Assembly (NCBI GenBank): GCA_951406725.2 | Contig: OX597840.1 | Span: 1,178,001-1,242,000, forward strand | Length of the DNA stretch: 64,000 nucleotides | From: Octopus vulgaris | Taxonomy: Eukaryota | Direction of reading: 5' to 3' | Shown here: in pieces, positions 28,660 to 42,780 of the stretch | Layout of the letters: every line of letters starts with the position of its first letter | Position numbering within the stretch: position 1 is the first letter of the stretch | Translations under genes and position numbers: made by a program | Notes under the pieces: model-generated | Database searches by the model: none | What the model was told of the DNA's origin: nothing | What the model saw: the letters and a program-made list of their open reading frames with translations, nothing else

Positions 28660-28970
28660 TATATAATAAATATAGAAGTTACTGTTTATACCTCGTTCAG
28701 AGGTTTATTATTGCTTGTATACACTTTTTCAAGATCAGTGACGAAAAGTTACTGGAAAAAGGATATAATTATTTGCATTGGGACTCCTTCCATCGAAAAC
28801 CGGTGATTGTCGTGCGCTGGTGACGGGTCAATACCCAGAAACTGCAGTCCGTGCGTATCACTTAAGTTGACAGAAAGTGTGTCAATAGCCAGCTGGAGAA
28901 GATGTTCTCCTGGGGCTACAAGCTACAGTAACATCCACCCTTAGTGGTTAGCTATATCTAGATGGGCAAC
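28660..28970 (+). mobile_element. Hammerhead-bearing non-coding element, same family as 50087-50534 and 55906-56232
   Basis: Shares the arm CCAGCTGGAGA.GATGTTCTCCTGGGGCTACAAGCTACAGTAACA..CCCTTAGTGGTTAGC and the internal ATCAGTG..ACTGGAAAAAG. Confidence 0.75.
28812..28854 (+). ncRNA. Hammerhead motif with one core substitution
   Basis: GTGCG-CTGGTGA-C-GGGT CAAT ACCC-A-GAAA-CTGCAG-TC-CGTGC. Palindromic ACTGCAGT, GUC triplet. Confidence 0.65.
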
Positions 28971-30132
28971 TATGCTTCATATGTATACATATATATATGT
29001 AAGCTTAAAGCTTATGGCAATCAGCGTGCAGTGGCTAAGGAAAATAGTCGAATAAAAGGACATATAATCCCTCGACAGAGGGGTTTATATACCCCTTTAT
29101 TAGATTATTTTCTTCTGTCATTGCACGGTAATCGCCATAAGCTTTAAGATTATATAAAAATACCATTATTATCGTTTACATGATTGTAAATCACGGCGCC
29201 AATATAAAAAACCATTCGCACCGAATGCATATATATATGTATAAACGATGTGCTTCTTTCAGTCTCTGTCTACCAAATCCATTAGATGACTTTGGTCGGA
29301 CCGTCACCATGTTAGAAGACACGTGCACAAGGTGTTACACAGTGATAGCTGAAAGTGAAAGCACAAAGCCACGTTGCATACATATATATATATGTGTCTT
29401 TATGTTTCACTTCGCCTGTTGCCACCGCTTGATTAGAGGTGTTAGTCTGTTTACGTTCCTGTAACCTAGCTATTCGGCAAAAAAAAACATACAAAAAAAA
29501 GAAAACAAAATGCCCGAAAGGATATGCCCGGTTCTTTGATAGACTATTGTAGGTATCGCTATAACATGACCGAAGTCCAATGATTGAAACTTGTAGAATA
29601 TATAAATATATATATATATATATGTGCCCCAGCATGGCCGCAGCCTTCGGGCTAAAATATTTTTAAGGATTTAAGGATTTATGATTAGTCAAAGATGGAG
29701 GACACCAACGTTCGATGAAAGACAGCAATTTTTGATATAGGACACCAACGTTGCATGTGATAGGTTCGATAATTGCTTCGGATATCACTCTAAACATGAA
29801 ACCAATGGTAGCTTGATTAACACGCAAAATAAAGAAAATTTATCCACCAGTTCGGTGTTGAACACTCATTTATAATGTTCGATTCTAACATAAATGTGTG
29901 TGTCTCTCTCTTTCTCTCTCTCAGCATATATATTTTGTGTGTGTGTGTGTGTGTTTGTTTGTGTGTGTTTGTTTGTTTGTTTGTTTGTGTGTGTGTGTGT
30001 ATGCATGCTTGTATGTGTGTATGTATGATTCTTTTTATGGAATGGTGAAATTTGCTTCCCATAAAGCTGTAAATAATAGCGTATATATATGAATGTATAT
30101 ATGTGCATATATACTTGTATATTTGTGTTATG

Positions 30133-30176
<44 letters not shown>

Positions 30177-30353
30177 CACATACATATAAGCATACACATA
30201 TACACACATATATGCTCAATACTACAATGGTTTTGAAATACGCTAAATATTTGTTATACTTTTCAATAAAAGAAATTTTACATTTTAACATAGGATACAT
30301 ACATACATATATAATTACATACTGACATGAATACATAGATTATATACACACGA

Positions 30354-30417
<64 letters not shown>

Positions 30418-30440
30418 CATACTTACATATATATTGTATG

Positions 30441-30493
<53 letters not shown>

Positions 30494-30867
30494 TAGTTAG
30501 ATTATATTTGCACAAAAATAAAATTGTTTATACATAAAACAAAATTACTGAAAAAGTTTTAGTGCAGGTTTTCAGAAAGTAAGTTTTACAAAAACGAAAA
30601 TCTCATTTTACGAAGAAATTTTCCATATAAAAAAAAAATGTTTTATTGAATAAACATAAATGCAGGACTTTACAAAAGAAATTGCACAGAAAAAGCAAAA
30701 TAACATTTTGTTAACAGGTTTACTTGCTGTTTTGCAGCTTAGCAAAGTTTAAAGTTCGTTCTTTAATGCAATTTTTACCCCTTGTGGTCTCTCTCACACT
30801 CACTCTTTCATCTTCGCATGCACTCTCACTCCTTCACTTTTTGTTTCTCCTCTCTGTCTGTCTGTCT

Positions 30868-30915
<48 letters not shown>

Positions 30916-31329
30916 AAGGAAGTACATAAGAAAAATTATTTTGACACAATATTTTATTCACTTACGTACGTTTCAAATGGTTCGGTGTGCTGCCGAATTG
31001 TTTATACATAGCGAGTTGCATATAAAATCGAAAAATTAATTGGTTCGTTAACCATTCAATTTACGAAACGGTTCTCTCACCTGCCAGTCTTCTCAAAGTT
31101 CTACAAATGTGTTATTGTTGATCAACTTCCAATTTAAACGATTTAAAATTGGACAACCTGGTAACTAGATCTTGTTTGCATGGATCGCTGAGAGAGATTT
31201 CCCTATAGGTGTACTAAATATCTTTTTAATTCAACGGATATATTTGTGCGTGTGCATGTGCATGTCTGTGGGTGTATACATATACATACAAATATACATA
31301 TACGTATGTTTTTATATATATATATATAT

Positions 31330-31462
31330 TTCACCTTGATCACCTTTGACACCGCTGTCCACTCCTCTCTGGATCGCGCCTTTCTCATCTACGTGATCCC
31401 AATCGTCCTCCTGAAATCGTAACTCCACCTTCGTGGAGGCCTTCCGGGTGGTCGTTTCCGCG
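31330..31462 (-). pseudogene. RTE-clade LINE 3' terminal fragment
   Basis: RKRPPGRPPRRWSYDFRRT..MRKARSREEW, typical of an RTE C-terminus. Confidence 0.7.
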
Positions 31463-31678
31463 TACACACAAAATTTTATCACTTAGTCGCTTGGTACAAC
31501 TGCTAACTCTCACTCTTTCTCTCTGTCGCTCTCTCTGTCAGTATATATATATATATATATGGTGGCAAATGGCGGGCTGAACCCAGATACATGGGACTGG
31601 GTATCGAACTTATTATAGTATAGTCAAACCTGTATGCGTATATATGTGTTTATAATTGCCTCATTCACTCTGTATGTA

Positions 31679-31718
<40 letters not shown>

Positions 31719-32836
31719 CAGACAGACAGATAAATTGATAAATAGCTAGATATATATACATATATACACTGTAAAGGATATCGTGTTCTTTCAGATGGTA
31801 TTGGCTTTTTTCGTAGATTCTCTGCGACTTCCTTCACATTTATCTACGCCAGAAAATTTCTTAAATTCGCCATCTAAATTTCCAGACTTTCACTGTCACA
31901 CATTCAGGATGACGTAATGTTGCCGTAGGTTTTATGTCTTATACTGTAGTTTCAGTATGGTTGTAAAATTTGCCACCAAATCGCGTATTTATTGTTGTAC
32001 GCTTTGATGCGAGGTCGAGAATATATTAACCATTATGTTTATACATCACCAGACAGGTGTTTATTTTCCCATGTGACTAGAGAATTGTCTATGCTTATAT
32101 CTTAGCGTGGCTCTGTTTTATAGATATTACTTCTAATATTAATCATATATTTCTCTGTACAAACCTCTATTTTCTGAGAATGTTATAGTTTCCTATCTAG
32201 TTTTGTTTCGGTTAGTACATTCCATACTAATTGCTCATTGTTGTAAGTACATAGACGATCGGCATGGAACCGTCGTGTTTGTATGGCCAACAGAACAGCT
32301 GGAATCATGACGTTTACAAATTTCACTTCATAACTGAATTTATAAATTATTATGTTTGTCAGAATCTTGCTCTCGTGTTTACATACGTCTGGCAAAATAA
32401 ATGAATAAAGAATACAAAAAAAAAAACGAATTTTCTGTTCTCTATTACGAGATATTTTGTAAGATAAAAATCTAGTTTATATTTACTATAGATATGGTTT
32501 ATATAATTATTGAACATGTTAGCGTAGTACTTAATGTACTTACTGCTTATTGTAGTTACCTGTTCCTTGGAATAAGACTAAAGTCTTCGAACATGAATTT
32601 AGATCTTACACTGAGTTTTCTGAATGTATTTGTGATAAAACTAGTAGAGGAGAGTCGTTCTATTATAGAGTGTACAACTGACATTTTGTAGCTAAATGGA
32701 AGTTTGTGTGTCTGTATTCATGTAAATATATACTTGTGTATTTGGTGCCAACGGATGTGATGCATCTCCGCTATTTAATTGTGTATGTCAAGAAATGGAA
32801 TCGTTGTATCGCAAAGAGTTTTATATATATTCTTCA

Positions 32837-32891
<55 letters not shown>

Positions 32892-32907
32892 TTTATATAC
32901 ACATAAA

Positions 32908-32979
32908 TAATGTACGTAGCCACTTCAACATGGCTGTCCATTTGGACGGACAGCCATATTGAAGTGGCTACAAACATTA
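32908..32979. repeat. Short hairpin (~30-bp arms, 8-nt loop)
   Basis: GTAGCCACTTCAACATGGCTGTCC pairs with GGACAGCCATATTGAAGTGGCTAC. Confidence 0.88.
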
Positions 32980-33061
32980 CTTGTTAGTACAACTACTGCG
33001 TTGATCTGTTAGAGAGATTATAGAACAAGCATTTTTGCTCATATATATACATATGTATATG

Positions 33062-33108
<47 letters not shown>

Positions 33109-33184
33109 GTAAAAAATATAAACTGGGACAAGAACGCAAAACAATTAGAAGACGCTACAAATATATATATATATTATTATATAT

Positions 33185-33217
<33 letters not shown>

Positions 33218-33220
33218 ATA

Positions 33221-33499
33221 AATATTAGGGAATAAATCCAAATTTACAGGGAAAAAAATCAGATTTAGGATTAAATCCAATTTTATAGTAAAATATTATA
33301 TAATATTAATTAGAGACAAAACCACTATTTTGCAAAACAAACAAAATTGAAACTGATTTGAAAATCAGAAATCCACCTGAAGATTGTCATTGAAGACATG
33401 AAACAATTGTAGTGGCGGTTTTTTTACTTTTTATTAAAATTTTATGTATTGATTAAGTCTTTCCTTGTTTGTTTTGCAAAATAGTGGTTTTGTCTCTAA

Positions 33500-33512
<13 letters not shown>
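33221..33512 (+). mobile_element. Fold-back PLE-type element (48-bp inverted arms 33297-33344 and 33465-33512) within (TA)n
   Basis: Perfect arm complementarity, a one-sided extension, and a hammerhead in the spacer. Confidence 0.8.
33373..33415 (+). ncRNA. Minimal type I hammerhead ribozyme motif
   Basis: CCAC-CTGAAGA-T TGTC ATTGAA GACA T-GAAA-CAATTG-TA-GTGG. Palindromic ACAATTGT. Confidence 0.78.
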
Positions 33513-33583
<71 letters not shown>

Positions 33584-34214
33584 GTATATATTATAATGGG
33601 AGATGCCGGTTAATGATTTTAGAAGCATGTATTTCCTTTAAAGCTAATATTTTGGGTTTGTCTCACAGTAAACTATCATCTTGGTAATATTTTAGCTTTT
33701 TAGGCGGCGAGCAGAATTTTTAAAACGTCGGGCAAAATCCTTCGGGGCATTTCGTCCGACTTTCTGTTGTGAGTTCTAAATCCACCGACGTCGATTTTAT
33801 CTTTCATCTCTGTGGAGTCGATAAAACAAAAACCAGTTGAGAACTGAAGTTTATGGAGACGACTTAACTACTTCCTCAAAGTTGCTGTTATTGTATCAAA
33901 ATTTGAGACCAATACCATTTCAGAATTTATAGCAGTGAGCTGGCAGAATCTTTGGTACACCGAGCAAAATACTTCATGGCATGTCATCAGAGTTTTCCTT
34001 CTGAACTCAAATTTCGTAGAGGCGACTTTGTCTCTTATCCTTTCGGGATCAATAAATCCAGTACCAATTGAGAACTGGTGTTGATGTAATCGACTAACCT
34101 CCATCCATTTTTGCTGTTAGTAAGGTTTGAAATATTACTTTGGAGGTTAAGAAGGCAGCGAGCTAGCAGAATCTTCTGGCAACATTTCAAACTAATATTA
34201 TTTTAGATCTCTCA

Positions 34215-34571
34215 TAGGCGTAGCAGTGGCTATGTGGTAAGTAGCTTGCTAACGAACCACGTGGCTCCGGGTTCAGTCCCACTCCGTGGCACCTTGGGCA
34301 AGTGTCTTCTATTATAGCCTCGGGCCGACCAGAGCCTTGTGAGTGGATTTGGTAGACGGAAACTGAAAGAAGCCAGTCGTATATATGTATATATATATAC
34401 TTACATAATCAGCCGAAATTGCGAGGATGATCCGGTTCTTGACTGAAGATAAAAGGCTTCGAATGACACGTCTGTGTTTTTTTGTATCGTCCATCAGGAT
34501 GTTTTGTTGTCCCCTTTTGTATCACCTAGTTGTCCGGATGTTTTGCGTTCTTGTCCCATTTTTTATTTTAT

Positions 34572-34658
<87 letters not shown>

Positions 34659-34910
34659 ATATATAAATACGTGTGTGTATATATGTTTGCGTGTCTGTGT
34701 TTGTCCCCGCCCTACCCCAATATCGCTTGACAACCGATGCTGGTGAGTTTACGTCCCCGTAACTTAGCAGCTCGGCAAAAGACACCGATAGGATAAGTAC
34801 TATACTAGGTTTACAAAGAATAAATCTTGGAGGTCGATTTGATCGACTAAAGGCGGTGCTCCAGCATGGGCTCAATCAAATGACTGAAACCAGTAAAAGA
34901 GTAAAAGCGT
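34215..34910 (+). mobile_element. SINE family A with a pLTR-like repeat (34400-34570) inserted in its internal (TA)n
   Basis: Head 34215-34380, tail 34690-34910. Confidence 0.85.
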
Positions 34911-35658
34911 AAACTCCTACCAATCAGATGAAACCTCGCCTCGTTTTAGACCACCCATATTCCTCCTCACATTAAAAAAATTCTCATCTACTTTATATGT
35001 TATAAAGAATCTCATATTCTATGAAACAACAGCACTTTTGAAGAATGTTTTCTTTCTCAACAATATTTATCTGTTTTAAATTATGTTTCAAATCCAAATT
35101 GAGCTATGCCAGAAATTATCTTTGACAGGTGGCAGCACTAAACAGACACGGAATCTCTTCAGATATATTACCAATGTTTCGCTTTTGTTTTATTTTCGCT
35201 AATATTTCTTTCAAATCTTTTCTCTTCCATTTTGATTTCTCGTGTCTAATGCTGCTTTGAATATTCCAGATTCTTTTCACCCAGGCGAAAAGATAAAAAA
35301 AATATATAAATATAAACAAGAGATATACAATAAAAAGTAAAAATATAAAAATATGTAACATCTATTTTATCTCTCATCTTTCATTTGTTTCAGCCATTGG
35401 GCTGCGGCCAGGCTGGGGCATCGGTTTCAACGGTTAAGTCGAACAACACGGCCTTTTATACTTATTTTTTCTTCTAAAGTCTGTTACATAATCAAGAAGA
35501 GTCTTTTGACGAACTGTTAAGTTACAGGAAGGTAAACACATCAACACCACGTATCAAAATATGTTGGGAAAAAAGGCACAAAAACACACACATCTACGCA
35601 TATACGAGTGTATGTATATATGTATATATATGTGTGTGTGTTTGTGTGCGTGCGTATA

Positions 35659-35733
<75 letters not shown>

Positions 35734-36209
35734 ATATGTATATATATATATATATGTATGTATATATATTATATTATATGTATATATTATATGTATATAT
35801 ATTATATTATATATATATATATAAATGGCGGTGCCCCAGCATGGCCACAGCTCATAAGCTGAAACTAGAATCAATCAATCAATCATGTATGTATGTATGT
35901 ATTGTATAAAGGATCGTGGGTAAGGCCCAAACAATGCGAAGTAAATACAAGGTAAATCACAAGGAAACAAATATGTGAATTAATATAGATTTTCCTTGTA
36001 TTCAATATTTTGGGGTTAATTATCACATTTTCAAGAAATAGACGAATATTGCCGTTGTGTGTGCGGTTCAGCCACAGATAATCTTATATGCAATTTAGGT
36101 CCTCTGGCGCAATTCAGGGCAGTTCTACAATGTGCACTCCTCGGAGTAGTGAGAGGTGTTGTTCTTGGACAGAGATTTTCTCAGGGAAGAGCTACAATAA
36201 AAACGACAT

Positions 36210-36944
36210 CAGAAATAATGATGATGATGTTAATGATGGTGGCGATGATGATGATGATGATAAGGATGTTGATGATGGTGATGAAGGTGGTGTTGGTAGT
36301 GGTGATGGTAGCAATGTTAATGACGACAATGATGATGATAATGATGGTTATGGTGATGATAAAGATCCCGAAGATAATGATGATCACGATGGCGGCGCTG
36401 GTGGTGTTGCTGGTGGTGATGATGACGTCAATAATGTTGATGATGATGAAAACGGAGCGGCAAAAGACGAAGGAGTCGAAGATGATGAAAAAGAGGGAAA
36501 AGTGAAGGAGGGGGCAGATGGGAGAGAGGATGATGATGTGAACAACGACGGTGAAGTAGAGAAAGAAGAAGAAGAGAAAGAAGAAGAAGAAGAAGATGAA
36601 GAAGAAGAAGACGACGAAGAAGAAGAGATAATGGTGATGATGGTGATAATGAATATGATGATGACGATGATGATGATGATGATGATGATGATGATACCAA
36701 CGTCGTCGACGATATTGGTCATGGAGTTGTTGATACTGCTACTACTGTTGATGGTGTTGTTGTTATTGTTGTAGTTGGTGGTGCTGTTGCTGTGTTGTCA
36801 CCAGTGTTATTGAAGTTGATCAGGATGCTGCGGTTGCTGTTGATGAAGATGGTAATGATTACGACGACGACGACAACGATGATGATGATGATGCTGACGA
36901 CGAAGATGATGATGTTGATGATAACGATGACCATGACTATGAGC

Positions 36945-36987
<43 letters not shown>

Positions 36988-37010
36988 CGATGATGATGAT
37001 GGCGAATGTG
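36210..37010. repeat. Degenerate (GAT/GAA)n low-complexity tract
   Basis: Direct reading. Confidence 0.9.
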
Positions 37011-37392
37011 ATGAAGAGCCTTTAATAAACTGAATTCATTTCTCGTAGAAAAATAGAAAGAGAGAGAGAGGGAGAAAGAGGAAGGAGAGAAAGAGAGAGT
37101 CATGTGGCAGACGTGTAAGGTCTTGGACACAGCACATATTCAACAATTTGGAAATTCATTTGCAGCACTTCGAGAATCAGCTTGACAGATATGGGCTGGG
37201 TTGACGCTAATAGAAACATATTACTAAGAACGGCAGCGACAGTGGTTAGAACAACACTAGCGCCACCAACAGCAACAGCACTCATTGTAGTATTAATAAT
37301 AACATTATCGATAATAATAATAATAATAGTAGTAGTAGTAATAATAATAATAATAATAGGTAATAATAATAATATAAATAATAACAATAATG

Positions 37393-37438
<46 letters not shown>

Positions 37439-37688
37439 TAATAGTAATAATAATAATAATAGTAGTAGTAGCAGTAGTAATAATAATAATAATAAAATAA
37501 CAATAATAGTAATAATACTAATAGTAGTAGCAGTAGTAATAGTAATAATAATAATAATAATAACAATAATAATAATAATGATAATGATAATAATAATAAT
37601 AGTAGTAGTAGTAGTAGCATTAGTAGTAGTAATAATAATAATAATAACGATAATAATAATAGTAATAATAATAATAATAATAATAATC

Positions 37689-37751
<63 letters not shown>

Positions 37752-37802
37752 TTAATAATAATAATAATAATGATAATAATAATAATGATAATAATAATAA
37801 TA

Positions 37803-37953
37803 ATGCCCTGATGCTGTACCAGGCATTGGCTCTCGTGTCTTCCGTTCTTAACTGATGGGAACTGTTATCATGTAGATGTTTTGCGTTGCTACGAAAGATG
37901 AGCTACACCAAATATTCTGCTCAATAACACAAATTTACATGTCAGTAGTTTGA
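37803..37953. mobile_element. Left-end fragment of the (TAA)n-associated 560-bp element
   Basis: ATGCCCTGATGC.GTACCAGGCA.TGGCTCTC directly after (TAA)n, the same start as at 6647. Confidence 0.82.
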
Positions 37954-37972
37954 CAATATATATATATATGCA

Positions 37973-38256
<284 letters not shown>

Positions 38257-38340
38257 ATCCAGAACGCAATGATAAATCGTTCGCTCCTACACGTATTTTT
38301 TTCTCTCCTTGTTTCTCTCCTTGTTTTTTTTTTCTGTGTA

Positions 38341-38378
38341 TCTTTCTGTCGAAGAGTGTAGGCTCGAAATGTAAAAGA
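38341..38378 (+). ncRNA. Degenerate hammerhead motif in a pLTR-like repeat
   Basis: TCTTT-CTGTCGA-A-GAGT GTAG GCTC-GAAA-TG-TA-AAAGA. Confidence 0.55.
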
Positions 38379-38483
38379 CTTGTTCTATTTTTATTCTTGA
38401 GCGCCATACTAATACATTTATTTGTTTGTACTCCACCTGTCTTCGTCTTTTGTATATTATCGTATACCTTCCTGTTATATATG

Positions 38484-38537
<54 letters not shown>

Positions 38538-38616
38538 CTTGTGTGTGTATACATATACATATATGTATATATATACATATATATATGTATACATATATAT
38601 GTATGTATATATGTAT

Positions 38617-38654
<38 letters not shown>

Positions 38655-38735
38655 GTATTTTAATATAAATACATAAAAGTACATGAAGTTTGTTAAAAAA
38701 GGGGGGGTCATGTATATACCTCCTGGCTGTTGAGA

Positions 38736-39200
38736 TTATAACACCTCGTTGTAAACAATGTTCCTTGTTTTTCCTTGTGGAGCATATACAAAAAGGATTC
38801 TTTTGGTTCCTACTCTTGAGCAGCCAACATACAGTTGCTCATGCGAGAAACAGGATTCTTCTAAGAGATAACCAGCTACAGAGAGGGTTTGACCCTGAGA
38901 TTTGTTAATGGACATGGCAAAGCTGACACGAAGGGGGAATTGCAGTCTTCTGAATGTAAATGGAATTTCTACTCCTGATGGAGTAAGAGGAAATCTTGGA
39001 ATAAAGATGTCATCACCTTTTCTAAATCCAGAAAGAATGATCGCCTCGATAACATGTGACATCATTTTCTTTATCACCAGTCGTGTTCCATTGCAAAGTC
39101 TTAGTGTTTCCAGATTGCGGAGTAGCATTACAGGAGTTCCAACTTTAAGTGCTAATATGTGTGGAGGTAGTCCAGGAGGCTCCAGTGAATTGAGAAATTC
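38736..39200 (-). pseudogene. Helitron Rep/Hel PIF1-helicase C-terminal fragment
   Basis: [74 protein letters not shown]. Confidence 0.93.
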
Positions 39201-39213
39201 CACCACCACCACC

Positions 39214-39263
<50 letters not shown>

Positions 39264-39824
39264 CGACAACAGCAACAGCAACAATATCGTCGTTTTGCCG
39301 TCTACCATGACTGCCAACAACAACACCACTACTACAACCTCAACCACTACAAGTGACACCAACACTACCACCAATACTACCGCCAAAAACAAATCCAATT
39401 TTGCACAAGCGTTAAAAATAAAAAAATATTAAACTTCAAAAGTTTGTGTTCGGATAATATTTTTTATGTAAAAGTTATGCAACAACTAAAACATTCGGTT
39501 GTGCAAATTCTGTGCACGGGAAACCTTCCCAGTGTGGCGTGTTTCCCGATTTTGTAGAATTTGCTTTTGGCTTTCTTAGACATTTCTGTTTTGGCGACTT
39601 CAAAGTCAAGAAGTCGTCGGGGAAAAGGTCACTGGTCTCCTTGACAACGCTTACGACGTTGATTTCTCTACCCTGCCTTCCCCACTGCTTCACGAGGGAG
39701 GGAAAGAAGGGGAGGAGCAAGACAGGTGCAGGTGCGAGCATTGGACGCCAACTCCGCCACCGATAGACGAAGAATTGGAAGAACCCAGACGACAGCTTCA
39801 CAGTCAAAGGACAACTCTGCCATA

Positions 39825-40310
39825 AACATCACCACCATCACGACGACGACGACGACCACCACCACCACTACCACTACCACCATGACCACCACCACCACCA
39901 TCACCACTACCACCATGACCACCACCACCATCACCACCATCACCACCACCACCACCACCATCACCATCAGCACCACCAGCACCGCCCTTACCACCATCAC
40001 CACCACCACCACCAACAACAACAAAAACACGACCACCACCACGACCACCACCAACCACCATCATCACCACCACTACCACCACCACGACCACCACCACGTC
40101 CACCAACACGACCACCACCACGACCACCACGACAACCACCACCACCATCACCACCACGACCACCACCACCATCACCACGACGACGACGACGACCACCACC
40201 ACCACCACCACCACTACTCCTACCACCACCACCACTACCACCATGACCACCACCATGACCACCACCAGCACCACTACCACGGCCACCACCACCGCCGCTG
40301 CCACTATCAC
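39825..40310. repeat. (CAC/CAT/GAC)n low-complexity tract
   Basis: Direct reading. Confidence 0.93.
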
Positions 40311-41062
40311 CCCTCAAACATGTGTGTACGGATCAGGCCTTAAAAATAAGTACTATTGTCGATATATACGATCAAAATTTTTTAAACCGGTGCTCCTTCA
40401 GGGCTGCAGTCCAATGACCGAAAAAAAAGATAAAAGATGAAAAAAAAACCCCTAAAAACCAGTAAACAAACAAAAAATATGCAGTTGATATTTATATGCA
40501 CCGAGCAGCAGAATCGACCTCGGAACCACATGATAGCAAATCAAACCTCACTGAACCACACACACACACACATACATACACACACACACACATGCCTGTA
40601 ATGGCATTAGTTAAGATAACGCAAGACAGATAGTAAAATTAGGCGATACACAAACTCACAAATTGTCAGAAATTAACGAACTAGTCGTAGTATGACACAC
40701 AAAGGAAAGACGAGGTTAGGCCCTGATATTACAGATGTATTAGATTAATACTAAAAACAGAAATAATTGCGCAATATACGGTAAATGTATATCAAAACTC
40801 GAGCTGTTCCACTTATAATTTTTATCTCTGATATTCCTAACTGTAAGTTAAGTGAATTAGGACGACTAGACGAGTAAAATAATGACTGACTCTACTTAGA
40901 ATAAAAGCTGATATGCAGAAAGAGAGAGAGAGAGTGGGGAGGGGGCGAGGGGAATAAGCGGAGACTACGGAGAGAAGACGTAAAAGAAAAGGAAGAAAAA
41001 TGGTGCTACTTGCCAGGAAAACATGGCGGTAAAAGGTCTTTAGATATATTGGAAATGATTAT

Positions 41063-41111
<49 letters not shown>

Positions 41112-41161
41112 GTAGGTATATATATGTATATATATGTAGGTATATATATGTATATATATAT

Positions 41162-41203
<42 letters not shown>

Positions 41204-41258
41204 ACATATATATACCTACATATATATATATATATATATATGTATGTATATATATATG

Positions 41259-41303
<45 letters not shown>

Positions 41304-41589
41304 GAGTAGACTGTTAAAATATGGTGTAATTTATCAACATCGTCATTCTTGTCTTCGTCTTCCCCCACCACCACTACCACTACCAGTACCATCAACACCA
41401 CTACCACTACCACCACCACTACAACTGTCATCATCAACACCACCATTACCATCATCATCGTCATCATCATCATCAAACCATCATCATCACCATCGTCATC
41501 ACCATTACTATTATCATCGTTATCATTACCAGCGTCAACTTCATCTTCGTCATCATCATCATCGTCGTTATCATCGCCGCCGTTATCAT

Positions 41590-42780
41590 TGCCGCGGTTT
41601 CTCTCAGCCTCCACGAGCAGTGGATCACCAACCACTTTCTTACTCTCTTGCCTTTCCCTAGCTGTTACACGTAGTCGAGGAGAATCCGCTCTAATGTGGC
41701 CTTTCGGGTCACATTTATACCACCGCGGAATGCTCCCTTCCACTCCTTCCATCTGCGACCGTGATTGTCTCCACCATACTTTCAACAACTTCTGGATTAA
41801 TCTGTACCACCATGTTCAGGCTCTGCTCTTGCCAGGTTCTGCAGGGTGTTTTTGATAGCCTGCAGGACCACCACCTTTTTTCCTTGCCTAGCAGAATGGC
41901 AGCCACTAGCCGGGCTACATTCCCTTCTGGGGGTATGCTTTCTACCCTAACCCTGGAAGCACGTCTCCCAAGGTATACGGTAGAAGCATGGACGGCGGCG
42001 AGCTGGCAGAAACATTAGCACGCCAGGCGAAATGCGTAGCCGTATTTCGTCTGTCGTTACGTTGTGAGTTCAAATTCCGCCGAGGTCGACTTTGCCTTTC
42101 ATCCTTTCGGGGTCGATAAATTAAGTACCAGTTACGAAGTGGGGTCGATATAATCGACTCAATACCTATGTCTGTCTTTGTTTGTCCCCTCTATGTTTAG
42201 TCCCTTGTGGGTAATAAAGAAATAAGTATACGGTAGAAGCACCACACAATGGTGTGGCTGACTGGCGGTAGCTATCTCTCGAAACTGCACTTCTACCGTT
42301 CCCTACTTTCTTCCCCTGGCATGGTAGGGCTTCTCTTGCGAGACTGGCCTCAATCCCTTTTCAACTTGTGCTTACGCTACCACTTCTATTTTTCTTGTTG
42401 CCACCGCGAATGTCCTGTAATCAATCGTTCTCTCTTCCTTATCCTTTAACACTTCTTTAGTGGGGGGAACACTTTCACATCATTCTCCTCCCTTTAAATA
42501 TTTTCTTCGACTTACACAACTCTTTCCTTTGTATGTCTCTGCTTTTCCTCTTTGCCGCTCCAGCATAATTCCTTGTTTCTATTACTGTGTCAACCTTCTT
42601 CAAATATTTCACCATTTCTTTCTCAGACGACACAAATTCCGAAGAAGAATAATTTAAACCCTCACAACTCATCTCACGACGCCCCTCCCTAAACAAGAGG
42701 GAAAACGTCGCACCGCCAAGACAACCAAAACACGTGTGTTATTCACAAAAACAGCAACCGAAATAAACAAACCGCTCTAC
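41590..42780 (-). mobile_element. Older, decayed relative of the ORF1 retroelement at 22869-25100
   Basis: VPPTKEVLKDKEERTIDYRT..RGRK*GTVEVQF aligns with IIPPKKWLKDREDRTVVLRT..RGVKYGTVWLLF. Decayed knuckle WYKCDPKGHIRADSP. 5' end abuts a SINE-A head at 42781-42822. Confidence 0.78.
41989..42225 (+). mobile_element. SINE family B with perfect 16-bp TSD, nested in the ORF1 relic
   Basis: GTATACGGTAGAAGCA at 41973-41988 and 42226-42241. Confidence 0.95.

Noticed and set aside
36124-36191. Possible minus-strand terminal exon (SSLRKSLSKNNTSHYSEECTL*) after TTTTATTGTAG
   Set aside because: Short, no homology, and no partner exons identified.
36088-36774. 228-aa acidic ORF (also 43485-44105)
   Set aside because: Degenerate (GAT)n tract that is open in several frames on both strands.
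39430-39820. GC-richer unique segment with a 110-aa minus-strand ORF
   Set aside because: No recognisable domain or splice pattern; cannot be supported as a gene or promoter.
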